Of a stretch of 64,000 nt of DNA, positions 8,781 through 18,302 are shown piece by piece. A program made the position numbers and the translations under genes. The stretch lies in IMG/VR virus record IMGVR_UViG_3300031673_000027; one strand, 5' to 3'. Source of the stretch: a virus. The notes beneath the pieces are model-generated. The model searched no databases, was not told the DNA's origin, and was given only the letters and a program-made list of their open reading frames with translations. Each line of letters opens with the position of its first letter. Position 1 is the first letter of the stretch.

Positions 8781-10322
8781 ATGACAATTAGTGACATCGC
8801 AAGAGAACAATGGGCGTTTGCTCAGGAGGACAGCTTCGGCGAGCAGATAGCGGGCCGGAACCTGCAAGTCGCACGGATCACCAGCGAATCGCTCAAGCAA
8901 ATGGCGGACATTACGAGTTCGAGGGAGATCCGGTCCGACCGGCAGACGGCGGGCGTCGTGCGCACGCGCGTGGCCGTGGCAGGCAATATGGACTTCGAGC
9001 TGAGCTATGCGAGCTTTGACGATCTTCTCGCGGCGGCCCTGATGTCGGCTAACGTGAAGGCCCAGGGGACGTTGACGATGGACACGCTGCCGGCTACCAG
9101 CAATACCGTGACCATCGGCACTACGGTCTATACCTTCAAGGATACGTTGGCGGTAGCAAACGACATCAAAATTACGAGTGGCGATCTGCCGGCTACGAAG
9201 GCGAGCTTTGTCGCAACCATCAACGGCACGGGCACTGCCGGAGTGGACTATTACGCCGGGACGACGACGCCCCACCCGTTAGTCGAGGCGGCAGCGTTCG
9301 TTGTCAATGCGTGCGTTTTGACGGCGAAAGCATACGGACTCACGGGCAACGCCATTGCCACGACTGAGACCTTTACTCCCGAGACGAATGTGTTTGACCA
9401 TGACCATCTCGGAACCACAAGGGCCGGGGCTGGATGGACGGCGCCCGTGACGGTGACGGCGATTACGATTAGCGCGTCAGATGCCGACAATTCGTTCAAC
9501 GACTCGGGGAGTGGCTTCGGGAGCATTGTTCCCGGTGAATGGATCAAAACTTCCGGCTTCACGGCGGCGGCAGACAACGGGTATTTCAAAGTGCTCTCAG
9601 CAACGGCCGCTAAAATCATTGTCGTGGGTGGGTTGCTCGTTACGGAGAGTGCGGGCCAGTCGCGCACGGTCAAGCAGGGCAGCTCCATTGTGAACGGAGT
9701 CACCAAAAACTCATTCAATCTGGAGCGAACCTACAGCGATTTGACGACGGAACTGGCGCTCTACGTGGGCTGCATGATTAACCAGCTCGACTTGACCGTG
9801 GGGACGAACGCTATAGTCACGGGGAGCTTGGGCGTCATGGGCAAGATCGAAACGTCCGAGACGGCCAGCGGCGGGGCCGGATACGATGCAGCCAACGGCA
9901 ACGAGATTCTCAACAGCATCGACCACGTGGTGGGGGTGTACGAAAATGCGTTGGCCATTGACATACTCGATTTCAATCTGAGCCTGGTCAACAATCTGCG
10001 CGAACGATTGAAAATCGGTACGCTCGGTGCCTTCGATATCGGCACGGGGCAGGTGCAAGTCACGGGGACGTTTACCGCCTACTATCAGAGCAAGACGTTA
10101 TACGACAAATTCCTGGATTTCGGCAATACGTCTCTGGCCAAAGTCTTCCAGGACACCGCGGGCAACGGGTACGTGATCGACCTTCCGGCGGTGAAAATAA
10201 CCGACGCTGCGCGTCACGCAGGAGCTGGCATGGGCGACGACTTCAAAGTGCCGTGCACTTGGCAGGCGTATCGTGAGTCAACCGAAGACATCACGATCCG
10301 CATTGTGCGCTTCGCGGCATAG
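8781..10322 (+). CDS. major tail tube protein with an inserted display module
   Basis: Lies between the terminator-like gene and the G/GT chaperones. The C-terminal half looks like a tail tube protein. An inserted module of about 105 aa (nt 9100-9420) is shared with the ORF at 63162. Confidence 0.65.
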   Translation: MTISDIAREQWAFAQEDSFGEQIAGRNLQVARITSESLKQMADITSSREIRSDRQTAGVVRTRVAVAGNMDFELSYASFDDLLAAALMSANVKAQGTLTMDTLPATSNTVTIGTTVYTFKDTLAVANDIKITSGDLPATKASFVATINGTGTAGVDYYAGTTTPHPLVEAAAFVVNACVLTAKAYGLTGNAIATTETFTPETNVFDHDHLGTTRAGAGWTAPVTVTAITISASDADNSFNDSGSGFGSIVPGEWIKTSGFTAAADNGYFKVLSATAAKIIVVGGLLVTESAGQSRTVKQGSSIVNGVTKNSFNLERTYSDLTTELALYVGCMINQLDLTVGTNAIVTGSLGVMGKIETSETASGGAGYDAANGNEILNSIDHVVGVYENALAIDILDFNLSLVNNLRERLKIGTLGAFDIGTGQVQVTGTFTAYYQSKTLYDKFLDFGNTSLAKVFQDTAGNGYVIDLPAVKITDAARHAGAGMGDDFKVPCTWQAYRESTEDITIRIVRFAA

Positions 10323-10374
10323 CGCCAACGGAAGCAATGTAGTTTGTAAACAAACACAACAGGAGAAAGAAACG

Positions 10375-10770
10375 ATGGCAGATATCAAACAACTCAGCCT
10401 GGACGCCGACAAGCAAAACAAAGGCGTCTGGGTGCCTTACGACCTCGACGTGGAGCTACTGATTGCAGGCACGGGGTCCCCGGAATTTCGCAAGGCGTGT
10501 GGCGAGCTGCTGGCTCCACACCGGCAGAGGATCAGAACCACGGGCCTGACGTTCGAGGAGCGAGTGGTCATTATCAAGCCCGCGATTGCGGAGCATCTTC
10601 TCAAGGGCTGGAAGAACCTGACCGAAAACGGCAAGTCTGTCCCGTTCAGTACAAAGAAGGCCATTGAGCTACTGGACGAAATCAAGGACTTGGCCACGTT
10701 CGTGCTGGCGTCCGCCGACGAGAAGGAGTGGTTTCGCAATGAACTCAAAAAGGACGCAGCAAAAAACTGA
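10375..10770 (+). CDS. tail assembly chaperone (gpG-like)
   Basis: ATG follows AGGAGAAAGAAACG. Acidic protein immediately upstream of the tape measure gene. It ends on the slippery heptamer A AAA AAC. Confidence 0.8.
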   Translation: MADIKQLSLDADKQNKGVWVPYDLDVELLIAGTGSPEFRKACGELLAPHRQRIRTTGLTFEERVVIIKPAIAEHLLKGWKNLTENGKSVPFSTKKAIELLDEIKDLATFVLASADEKEWFRNELKKDAAKN

Positions 10771-11090
10771 CAGAGTGCCTTCGATGGCACTTGGTCTGGG
10801 GTAAAGATGTTGAGTTTCTTCAAAAGCGAGCAGCCGCCGGCAAGCCGACGCCGGCCCTTGAAAACAGACCCTATGTTTACGAAGACCTCATCGATGTCTG
10901 GGACGTTTTTTGTCAACTTCAACGCTGCCGTCAATGTGCCTTCGGAATATCACCGCTGGGGTTCAGAGACATCATTGCGGCTATCGAATTTCATGAGTTG
11001 CCTGATAAATTGGACGCTATGGAGCTGATTGTGGCAATGGACCAGGAATGGCTGAAATGGGCCGACGAGCAAAACAGTACGGGCAAGTAG
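10375..11090 (+). CDS. tail assembly chaperone, -1 frameshift fusion (gpGT-like; join 10375..10767,10767..11090)
   Basis: The -1 frame is open from the slip site and runs directly into the 10791..11090 ORF (…KKLTECLRWHLVWGKDVEF…). Confidence 0.75.
10761..10767 (+). promoter_or_regulatory. programmed -1 ribosomal frameshift slippery heptamer A_AAA_AAC
   Basis: The heptamer is in X_XXY_YYZ phase with the zero frame, and the TGA stop follows at 10768. Confidence 0.8.
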
Positions 11091-13361
11091 ATGGCTGATG
11101 TAGCAACCTTACGACTGAAGATCGACTCCAGCGGCGCACAGGCCGGAGCGATGGGTTTTCAGGCCGCCAGCAGCAGGATACAGCAGGGCGCTCGGTTGGC
11201 TATGGTGGCCGTCAGCGCTTATGCCGGGATATCGGTCAAAGCGTTTGCCAGCTTTGAAGATCAAATGGCCAACGTCAGCACGATGCTGGACCTGCAGACG
11301 ATGAAGTATATGCCGGGGTACGGTCGGGCAGTCAAACGGATGGCTATCGACTTCGGCGAAGGCAGCGCCACGCTGAGTACAGGCTTGTATAACATTCTGT
11401 CGGCCAGCATTAAGGCCGAAGATGGGGTGGGGACATTAGAGTCCGCAGTCCGGGCGGCGAAAGCTGGGATTACTGACACGGCGACGGCGACTTACGCGAT
11501 AACAGGCATCTTAAACGCCTACGGCCTGTCCGCCGACAAAGCCGGCCGCGTCTCCGATATTCTGTTCTCGACCGTCAAGAAGGGTCAGACGACGTTCGGT
11601 CAGCTCGCGCCGGTCGTGGGACGAGTGACGGCGATTTCGTCCGGGGCGGGCATTGCGCTCGAAGAGGTCTCGGCGGCGCTATCCACGATCACGCGGGGCG
11701 GCATCAGCACAGATGAAGCCATCACTGGACTGCGGCAGGCTATTATCGCCCTGCAAGGTCAACAGGATCAGGCCATTAAGATCGCCAAGCAGCATGGCAT
11801 TGAATTGTCGAACGATGCGCTCGCGGCGGAGGGACTTACCGGGATGCTCAAGAAACTCAGCGGGCTATCGGAATCCGTTATCTCGGACATCTTCAAAGAA
11901 GTCCGGGCGCGAGTGTCCCTGAGCGTCTTGCTCAAAGACCAGGCCGGATACGTGAACGACTATCAAGCGGCGCTACACTCCGCCGGCCGGACGCAGGAAG
12001 CCTATGGCAAGATGACGGATACCCTTGGGCATACGTTCCGGCAACTCGGACAGGCCATGAAGATCGGAATGGTGGATCTGATAGAGCCTTTTTCGGGCCA
12101 GTTGAAAACTCTGACCGGGTTGATTTTGGAGCAGACCGCAGCATGGCGCAACTACTGGGAAGCGGCGACCGGCGGCGGCGAGCGGTCGCAAGTCAACAAA
12201 GGCTGGCGCAACCTCGGCTTTGCTTTTACAAGCGGCTTTATGCGCGGCGGCATGTCGGACCCTGCGACGAGGGCTCAGTGGGAGTTGGCAGAAAAGCAAT
12301 ATGAGAGAGAGCAAGGCAAATGGCAGCAGGTCGGTCCCGGTGGGATGTTCCGCGTGCCTTCCGATACGGAGCGGTTCGAGACGTTGTTTCAGCACTTCCA
12401 GTCAGGGGCGCTCACGAACCTACCAGAAGGAAAACTCAAGATTTCTCCAGAGATGGAGAAGAAACTTCTGGCAATGACTCAAATGCAGGGCGCCCAGACG
12501 CCGTTGAAAGGCAAAGTCGGCAACATCATTGATATGGAGGGGGCCGAGGTGGCTCTGGGTGGCGACTCTGACTTGGCGCATAAACGCGCCGATATTACCG
12601 CGCGCATGTACGAGGACATGCGCAAGTTAGGGACGGGTTACTACGAGGCCCAGAAGGGCTTAGTTGACCTCGAAATGACGGACTACAGCGAGTTCATCGA
12701 GGATAAGGTCTTGCTGAATGAATGGTACGTTAGCAAGGTTCAACTGTTGGCGGTAGAGTCTTCCGGCTTCTGGCTCGAAACCCGCAACGCCTTACAGGGG
12801 ACGCAGTCGGCGCTAAGCGACTTTATGATGGATTTTGCGAGTCTCGAAGGCTTGATTGACAGCATCGGGCAATCCTTCCAGCGGATGTTCGCTAACCTGG
12901 CCAGCCAGCTTGCGATGTCCGGCATTATGAATCTGCTCGTCGGCGGGCCCATGGCGGGAGCCTTGGGTTTTCAGAACCCGCTCGCCGGCGCCGGCAATGC
13001 GCAGATGGGTGGGTTGCTTGGTGAGATTCTGGGCAGCGCCTTCGGCAACGTGTTCCGCAATGGGCGGCTCGTTCCGATGGCCGGCGGGGCTGTCCTCAAT
13101 AGTCCCACTTATTTCCCGATGGCCGGCGGCAAGATCGGCATGGCGGGCGAAGCGGGCCCCGAGTTGGGCTTTGTTCCGTTGCGGCGGCACGGGGGACGAC
13201 TCGGCCTCGATACTCCGGCACAGCCGCCGATCACCGTGAATCCCACCCCGGTCAAGATCGTTATCGTAGCAGACCGCAAAGCAGCGGCGCTCGAAGCCAT
13301 GCGGAGCAGCGAAGGCCAGGCGCAGATCATCGGCACCCTGCGAGAGCACGGGATCATATAA
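11091..13361 (+). CDS. tail tape measure protein
   Basis: 756 aa, directly after G/GT. N-terminal region has a TP901-type TMP core-like sequence (FEDQMANVSTMLD...) and a Gly/Ala/Met-rich C-terminal region. Confidence 0.9.
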   Translation: MADVATLRLKIDSSGAQAGAMGFQAASSRIQQGARLAMVAVSAYAGISVKAFASFEDQMANVSTMLDLQTMKYMPGYGRAVKRMAIDFGEGSATLSTGLYNILSASIKAEDGVGTLESAVRAAKAGITDTATATYAITGILNAYGLSADKAGRVSDILFSTVKKGQTTFGQLAPVVGRVTAISSGAGIALEEVSAALSTITRGGISTDEAITGLRQAIIALQGQQDQAIKIAKQHGIELSNDALAAEGLTGMLKKLSGLSESVISDIFKEVRARVSLSVLLKDQAGYVNDYQAALHSAGRTQEAYGKMTDTLGHTFRQLGQAMKIGMVDLIEPFSGQLKTLTGLILEQTAAWRNYWEAATGGGERSQVNKGWRNLGFAFTSGFMRGGMSDPATRAQWELAEKQYEREQGKWQQVGPGGMFRVPSDTERFETLFQHFQSGALTNLPEGKLKISPEMEKKLLAMTQMQGAQTPLKGKVGNIIDMEGAEVALGGDSDLAHKRADITARMYEDMRKLGTGYYEAQKGLVDLEMTDYSEFIEDKVLLNEWYVSKVQLLAVESSGFWLETRNALQGTQSALSDFMMDFASLEGLIDSIGQSFQRMFANLASQLAMSGIMNLLVGGPMAGALGFQNPLAGAGNAQMGGLLGEILGSAFGNVFRNGRLVPMAGGAVLNSPTYFPMAGGKIGMAGEAGPELGFVPLRRHGGRLGLDTPAQPPITVNPTPVKIVIVADRKAAALEAMRSSEGQAQIIGTLREHGII

Positions 13362-13373
13362 AGGCGAGTCACT

Positions 13374-14654
13374 ATGGCATGGAAAACAGGCAAGGCACAG
13401 GGACATAAGGAATTGCTGCTGGCGCTCAAGGGATTTCTGACCAGCGACAAGAAGGCGTACAACTGCCAAGCAGGGGCCAACACGGGGACGGGTTACGTCT
13501 CGGCCGAACGGGCCTCCACGTCGCCGGTCGATGAGACCTGGACGTTGACCGCGACCAGCGCGACCAACTTTACCGTGACGGGTTCGGTGTCGGGCGCACA
13601 AGCGGCCGCCACAGTAGGCACGCCCTACGATAACGGCATTGTCGCCTTTACGATTGTCGCCGGTAGCACGGCGTTCGAGGCCGACGACGAGTTCACCTTC
13701 GACGTGGCGGACGGCTTAGGCGCGACCGAAGCTTATACTGCGACGCGATGGAACCCGGATTACGACGGCGCCGGCGGTTACGAGTTGATTCTTATGGGTC
13801 CGGGCACTGCTGGCGATGATGAGATTTATTCCGCCATACAAACCGTCGAATCGGTAGGCAATGATTACTACAACTGGCGCATAGCGGGCATGACGGGCTA
13901 CAGTGATGTGCAACTCCAGTACATGCCCGGATTGACACAGGGCAGAATGGCGAGGATGCTCTTGTGGCAGAATCAAATCAGCTATTGGTTTGCGGCCAAC
14001 GGCCGGCGCTATATCGTCGTGGCGAAAGTCTCTACGGTCTATGAAGCCTGCTATCTGGGCTTCGCGCTGCCCTATGGGCTACCGACGCAGTTTCCCTATC
14101 CGATGGTGGTCGGTGGGGCGGCATGTCCCGATACCACGGTGGCGTATAATCGCTACAGCTCCACGCAAATCCAGCACCGTGGCTTTCCGAACCCCTATGC
14201 CGATGCGGCGGCCGTGTGCACCGCGAGCGTCTTTGATACGGCGTCCGATTATTCGACGTTGAAGGTCTTGCGGGGGACATCGTGGATAAAGATCAGAAGC
14301 AAGTTCGGAACGGGGTCATCGATTGACAGGGTGAATCATACATGGCCTTACGTGGTGTCGGCATCCGATGAATCCCAGTCGCCTGGGGAATTGTGGAGCA
14401 TCTCTTCAAGTCCGGGCTATTACGGCATTATCAGAGAAAATCTCGATGGCTCCTATCCTGTCTTCCCCGTGACCGTGATGATTTCAAATCCCAGCAAGCA
14501 TATATTCGGGGAATTGCAGGGCGTCTTTGCGGTTCCCGGTTTTGGCGGCATAGCGGCCGAAGATACCTTTGCGAAGAACGGTGACACGTATGTCGGTTTC
14601 CCTATTATTCCCAACGCCGACGGGACGGACTTTTGGGCGCTGAAACTGGAGTAG
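13374..14654 (+). CDS. tail/baseplate structural protein
   Basis: 426-aa ORF with an RBS, between the tape measure and distal tail genes. No family recognised. Confidence 0.55.
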   Translation: MAWKTGKAQGHKELLLALKGFLTSDKKAYNCQAGANTGTGYVSAERASTSPVDETWTLTATSATNFTVTGSVSGAQAAATVGTPYDNGIVAFTIVAGSTAFEADDEFTFDVADGLGATEAYTATRWNPDYDGAGGYELILMGPGTAGDDEIYSAIQTVESVGNDYYNWRIAGMTGYSDVQLQYMPGLTQGRMARMLLWQNQISYWFAANGRRYIVVAKVSTVYEACYLGFALPYGLPTQFPYPMVVGGAACPDTTVAYNRYSSTQIQHRGFPNPYADAAAVCTASVFDTASDYSTLKVLRGTSWIKIRSKFGTGSSIDRVNHTWPYVVSASDESQSPGELWSISSSPGYYGIIRENLDGSYPVFPVTVMISNPSKHIFGELQGVFAVPGFGGIAAEDTFAKNGDTYVGFPIIPNADGTDFWALKLE

Positions 14655-14657
14655 ATT

Positions 14658-15686
14658 ATGTCTTACGAAACGGGCACAAGTACTGGGGCAAATGACCTCA
14701 TCGACAAACTCAGGGTCTTCCTGCTGGCCGATAGCTGGACGGTGAATCTCTGGGCCGATGATGGGACGGGCAAACGCCTGCATGTGCAAAAGACGGCCGG
14801 GGACTCGACCGTTATGTACTTCAATTTTCGCTCGGCAGTCAACGAGAAAGGCTCTACGATAACGGGTGATAACGTCAATTCGGAGGGCTATGGCAACGTA
14901 ACGGGCATTTTGGTCAATGGCTCAACGGGCTACGACGTGGGCGAATCCTGGGACAAACAGCCCGGATACGGTCAAAACGCCGCGAGTCAATCTTACGCCT
15001 GCGCGATCTCGCCGGTGTCCCTGACCGCCATTCCGTCCTATTACTTCTTTAGCGTCAATGACACAGTGAGCATTGTCGTTGAAATCACATCGGGCAAATT
15101 CCAGTTTATGTCCTTCGGATTGCTGGAGAAGCAGGGGACGTTTACGGGCGGGCAATTCTTTACGGCCTCGATGAGCAGCGGCGAGCCGGCCAAAGATTGG
15201 ACGGGGTATGACTATAAGAATCAATACGTACCGAGATACTTGTCATTGAGCGGATACGCGGGGTATGATTTGGTGCAGGGGGCGGTTTATGTAAACGCCG
15301 ACAGCGTGGCAAGCTGGAGGCGGTGCAGTGAAACCGCCGAATATCCGATTGCGTTTTCCTGCGTGTCGGGTCAACGCGCAACGCCGAACACATCCTTCGG
15401 CACCTATAGCAAACGGGCGTTTTGCTCGATGTTTTATGCCAAGTCGCCCAGTGCGTACAATGCGATGGCAGCGATGGCGCCGGCCTATGTATTTTTGAAG
15501 CGAACCGATTTGAACTATTCGCTCATCGGCTGGCCGTCCGGCGTGCGGTGCTTGAACGTCACGCAATACGACCCCGGGCAAGAGCTGACTTACGGCGACG
15601 AAACATGGCTTGTGTTTCACAACAACGGAATCAATGACACGCCGGTGAATCTATACGCCGGATTTGCGTTTAAGAAGGTCGTGTGA
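14658..15686 (+). CDS. tail/baseplate structural protein
   Basis: 342-aa ORF tightly packed after 13374..14654. Its N-terminal organisation is similar to that protein. Confidence 0.55.
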   Translation: MSYETGTSTGANDLIDKLRVFLLADSWTVNLWADDGTGKRLHVQKTAGDSTVMYFNFRSAVNEKGSTITGDNVNSEGYGNVTGILVNGSTGYDVGESWDKQPGYGQNAASQSYACAISPVSLTAIPSYYFFSVNDTVSIVVEITSGKFQFMSFGLLEKQGTFTGGQFFTASMSSGEPAKDWTGYDYKNQYVPRYLSLSGYAGYDLVQGAVYVNADSVASWRRCSETAEYPIAFSCVSGQRATPNTSFGTYSKRAFCSMFYAKSPSAYNAMAAMAPAYVFLKRTDLNYSLIGWPSGVRCLNVTQYDPGQELTYGDETWLVFHNNGINDTPVNLYAGFAFKKVV

Positions 15687-17365
15687 TGACGGCTTATAAC
15701 TGTATCCTTCAGCCCAGCATGTTTGTCGAAGATACGCTTCGCTGCTCGGCGACGATTGCCGACAATACCGAGGTCAGTCCCGTCGATATCTGCGCCTTAG
15801 AATCCGTCCTTCCTCTCGGCGAGAGCGAGTGGGACAATCAACTTCCCATAGCACGAATCGAATACGGGTATGTGGGTATCAAGGTACTTACGTTCGTTGA
15901 CGATTACTACTATCGCATTCACGTGGACCCCATGCGATTGAATTTCGGCGCCATTATCTCTCCGCTCCAGGAAGAGCTCTTAGTCTGGAACGCCTATTTC
16001 GTCCCGAAGACCTGTGCGGAGATCATCGAGTTTAACGGCGACGAGTGGGAGCTGAGCGGCGAGACGCCGCCTTTTGAGCTGGCTCCGCTCGGCCATACGA
16101 TCTTCACGCTGGACTTACCGCTCCAGGGCAGCGCGACGTTCGAGGGCAGTATCACCTTCAATTTTGCCGACGCCAACGAGCCCGTCGTCGTGATCTCGGG
16201 CACGCGGCTGATTCTGTTCGCGTGGCGTCCGCAATCGCCGTTGACCGAACACCTAAAATGGCTGACGAATACTCTGCCGAGCAAGGACGGCTCATTGCAG
16301 CGTATATGTCTGCGTCAAGCGCCGCGACAACAATTCAAATTCCCGTTGCTCATCGAGACCGACCAGGAGCAGGCGGCTCTGGACGCCGCGCTGTTCTCCT
16401 GGCAGAAGCGGGCATGGGGATTACCGATATGGTCCGAAATGGTCGTGCATACGGCGACGATCACGGCAGAGGATACCGTGATTAGCGTCGATACGACCAA
16501 TGCCGATTTTAGGGATGGGGGTCTGGCCGTCATTTGGCAGTCGTCAACACTGGCCGAAGTGGTACAGGTCGAGACAGTCGCCGCCGATAGTCTTACGCTG
16601 TCCTCGCCGGTGCAAAACACTTTCACGGGCCGCAAGGTTATCATGCCCTGCAGAACAGCGCAGATGCACGCGCCTGTAACGCGGCAGATTCACAGCAGCG
16701 GCCCGGCTATGATCGAGGCGTTCTTCGCCGTCAAGGATAACATCGAACTGACCGGCTATACGCCGGCCGTCACCTATAAGGGGCTGGCCGTCCTTACTGA
16801 GGGTATCCCGGTCGATCCCACACAGCAGAAAAGCTCCGATGGGGACATGGAAGTTACCGACTATGAGACGGGGGACTTCGAGTATTTCAGCGACAGCGAA
16901 TTCAATATCCGGCTCCAGTCCCACCTGTTCTACAACGACACGAAGGCGGCGTGCTGGCAGTTCCGGTTGTTCCTGCACTCACTCTATGGCCGGCAGGGGA
17001 CGGTCTATATTCCTACGTACAAGAACGATCTGAGCCTCGCCGAGGGCTTCGGTGCATCCGATACCAGCTTCAACATCGTCAATATCGGGCTTGCGGACAA
17101 TATGGGTGTCAACGATCTTCGGACGGACTTGGCGTTTATCTTTCCCGATGGCACGCAGCTCTACCGTGAGATTACTGGCATTGTCGATTCGGGCAGTGAA
17201 GAGATTGTCTCGATTGACGCCGATCTCGATGTGGCCGTCGAGCCCGGCGACTGCGTGATCTGCTTCCTCGACAAGGTCTGTCTGGCCGCTGACGACGTAG
17301 AGTTGGTCTGGACAGCGGCACATGAGAACCGCTGTCAATTAGACTGGCAGGCGGTGAAAGCATGA
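15683..17365 (+). CDS. distal tail protein (possibly GTA g12/DUF2460-like)
   Basis: 560 aa, start overlaps the upstream stop, and it precedes the DUF2163-like gene as in GTA-type tail modules. The family assignment is uncertain. Confidence 0.5.
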   Translation: MMTAYNCILQPSMFVEDTLRCSATIADNTEVSPVDICALESVLPLGESEWDNQLPIARIEYGYVGIKVLTFVDDYYYRIHVDPMRLNFGAIISPLQEELLVWNAYFVPKTCAEIIEFNGDEWELSGETPPFELAPLGHTIFTLDLPLQGSATFEGSITFNFADANEPVVVISGTRLILFAWRPQSPLTEHLKWLTNTLPSKDGSLQRICLRQAPRQQFKFPLLIETDQEQAALDAALFSWQKRAWGLPIWSEMVVHTATITAEDTVISVDTTNADFRDGGLAVIWQSSTLAEVVQVETVAADSLTLSSPVQNTFTGRKVIMPCRTAQMHAPVTRQIHSSGPAMIEAFFAVKDNIELTGYTPAVTYKGLAVLTEGIPVDPTQQKSSDGDMEVTDYETGDFEYFSDSEFNIRLQSHLFYNDTKAACWQFRLFLHSLYGRQGTVYIPTYKNDLSLAEGFGASDTSFNIVNIGLADNMGVNDLRTDLAFIFPDGTQLYREITGIVDSGSEEIVSIDADLDVAVEPGDCVICFLDKVCLAADDVELVWTAAHENRCQLDWQAVKA

Positions 17366-17499
17366 AGCGAATACTCAATCTGAGCTTGATACTGGCGGGG
17401 CTCTTCGGGTGGACCATAGCCTTGACGTGGGTGCTTATGATCAGGACGTTCGAAGTCATTGACGAGACGCTGTACAAATTGCGAGGGCCGCGGCAATGA
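17362..17499 (+). CDS. small membrane protein (45 aa, below the ORF-track cutoff)
   Basis: ATGA overlaps at both ends (17362 and 17496). One hydrophobic helix, MKRILNLSLILAGLFGWTIALTWVLMI. Confidence 0.45.
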   Translation: MKRILNLSLILAGLFGWTIALTWVLMIRTFEVIDETLYKLRGPRQ

Positions 17500-18296
17500 G
17501 CTACCTGACGAGCGAACAAAGTGTGGCGTCCGGCAGGCCGGTGGAGTTGTACCACTTGGCCGACGATCTGGGGACGCACTGCAGGATCACGTCCGGCGGG
17601 CTGGCCGTGACCTATGGCAGTTATGTTTACACACTGGAACCCTGTAAGCGGTCGGAATTGCGGATCACGGACAATCACAAGAAAAACGATATGACGTTCC
17701 AGCTCTCACGCGATAACGCCTTTGCGGCCCGGCTCGTCCCTGGACCGATTGAGGGCCGGACATGGGTAACGATCTATCGCGGGCACGAGCCGGATTTTGT
17801 CACGTGGTGGTATGGCGAGTTCACTTCCGTCAAGTTCGATAAGGACGGCGTGCCGACGCTGGTGGCCACGCCGCGGACATCGAGCATATCTCGGGTAGGG
17901 CGGCGGCGACAGTGCCAGCGGCTCTGCGACCATGCCCTCTACGATGCGTGGTGCGGACTTAACTCCACATCATACATGGTCGCAGGCACAGTCGATTCCG
18001 TCGTCGGCCTGGTCGTTACCAGTACGACGTTCGGGACGAAAACACCCGGATGGTTCAAGGCTGGCAAATTCGTCGGCGGCGGAGCCAAACGGATGATTAC
18101 GGCGCATACCGGCAACGACGTGACGCTGACGCGGACGATTCCAGGACTGACCGCAGGCGACAGCTTTACCGCCTACGCGGGATGCGATCATACACCGGCT
18201 ACGTGCGTGAGCATCAAATTCGCCAATAAAGTCAACTATGGCGGCGACGAGTTCCTGCCGACGAAGAACCCATTTACGGGCAGCCCCCTTATATAG
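17496..18296 (+). CDS. tail hub protein, DUF2163 / phage BR0599-like
   Basis: The C-terminal motif GCDHTPATCVSIKFANKVNYGGDEFLP matches the BR0599 C-terminal signature as I recall it. Confidence 0.7.
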   Translation: MSYLTSEQSVASGRPVELYHLADDLGTHCRITSGGLAVTYGSYVYTLEPCKRSELRITDNHKKNDMTFQLSRDNAFAARLVPGPIEGRTWVTIYRGHEPDFVTWWYGEFTSVKFDKDGVPTLVATPRTSSISRVGRRRQCQRLCDHALYDAWCGLNSTSYMVAGTVDSVVGLVVTSTTFGTKTPGWFKAGKFVGGGAKRMITAHTGNDVTLTRTIPGLTAGDSFTAYAGCDHTPATCVSIKFANKVNYGGDEFLPTKNPFTGSPLI

Positions 18297-18302
18297 GTTG
18301 TT

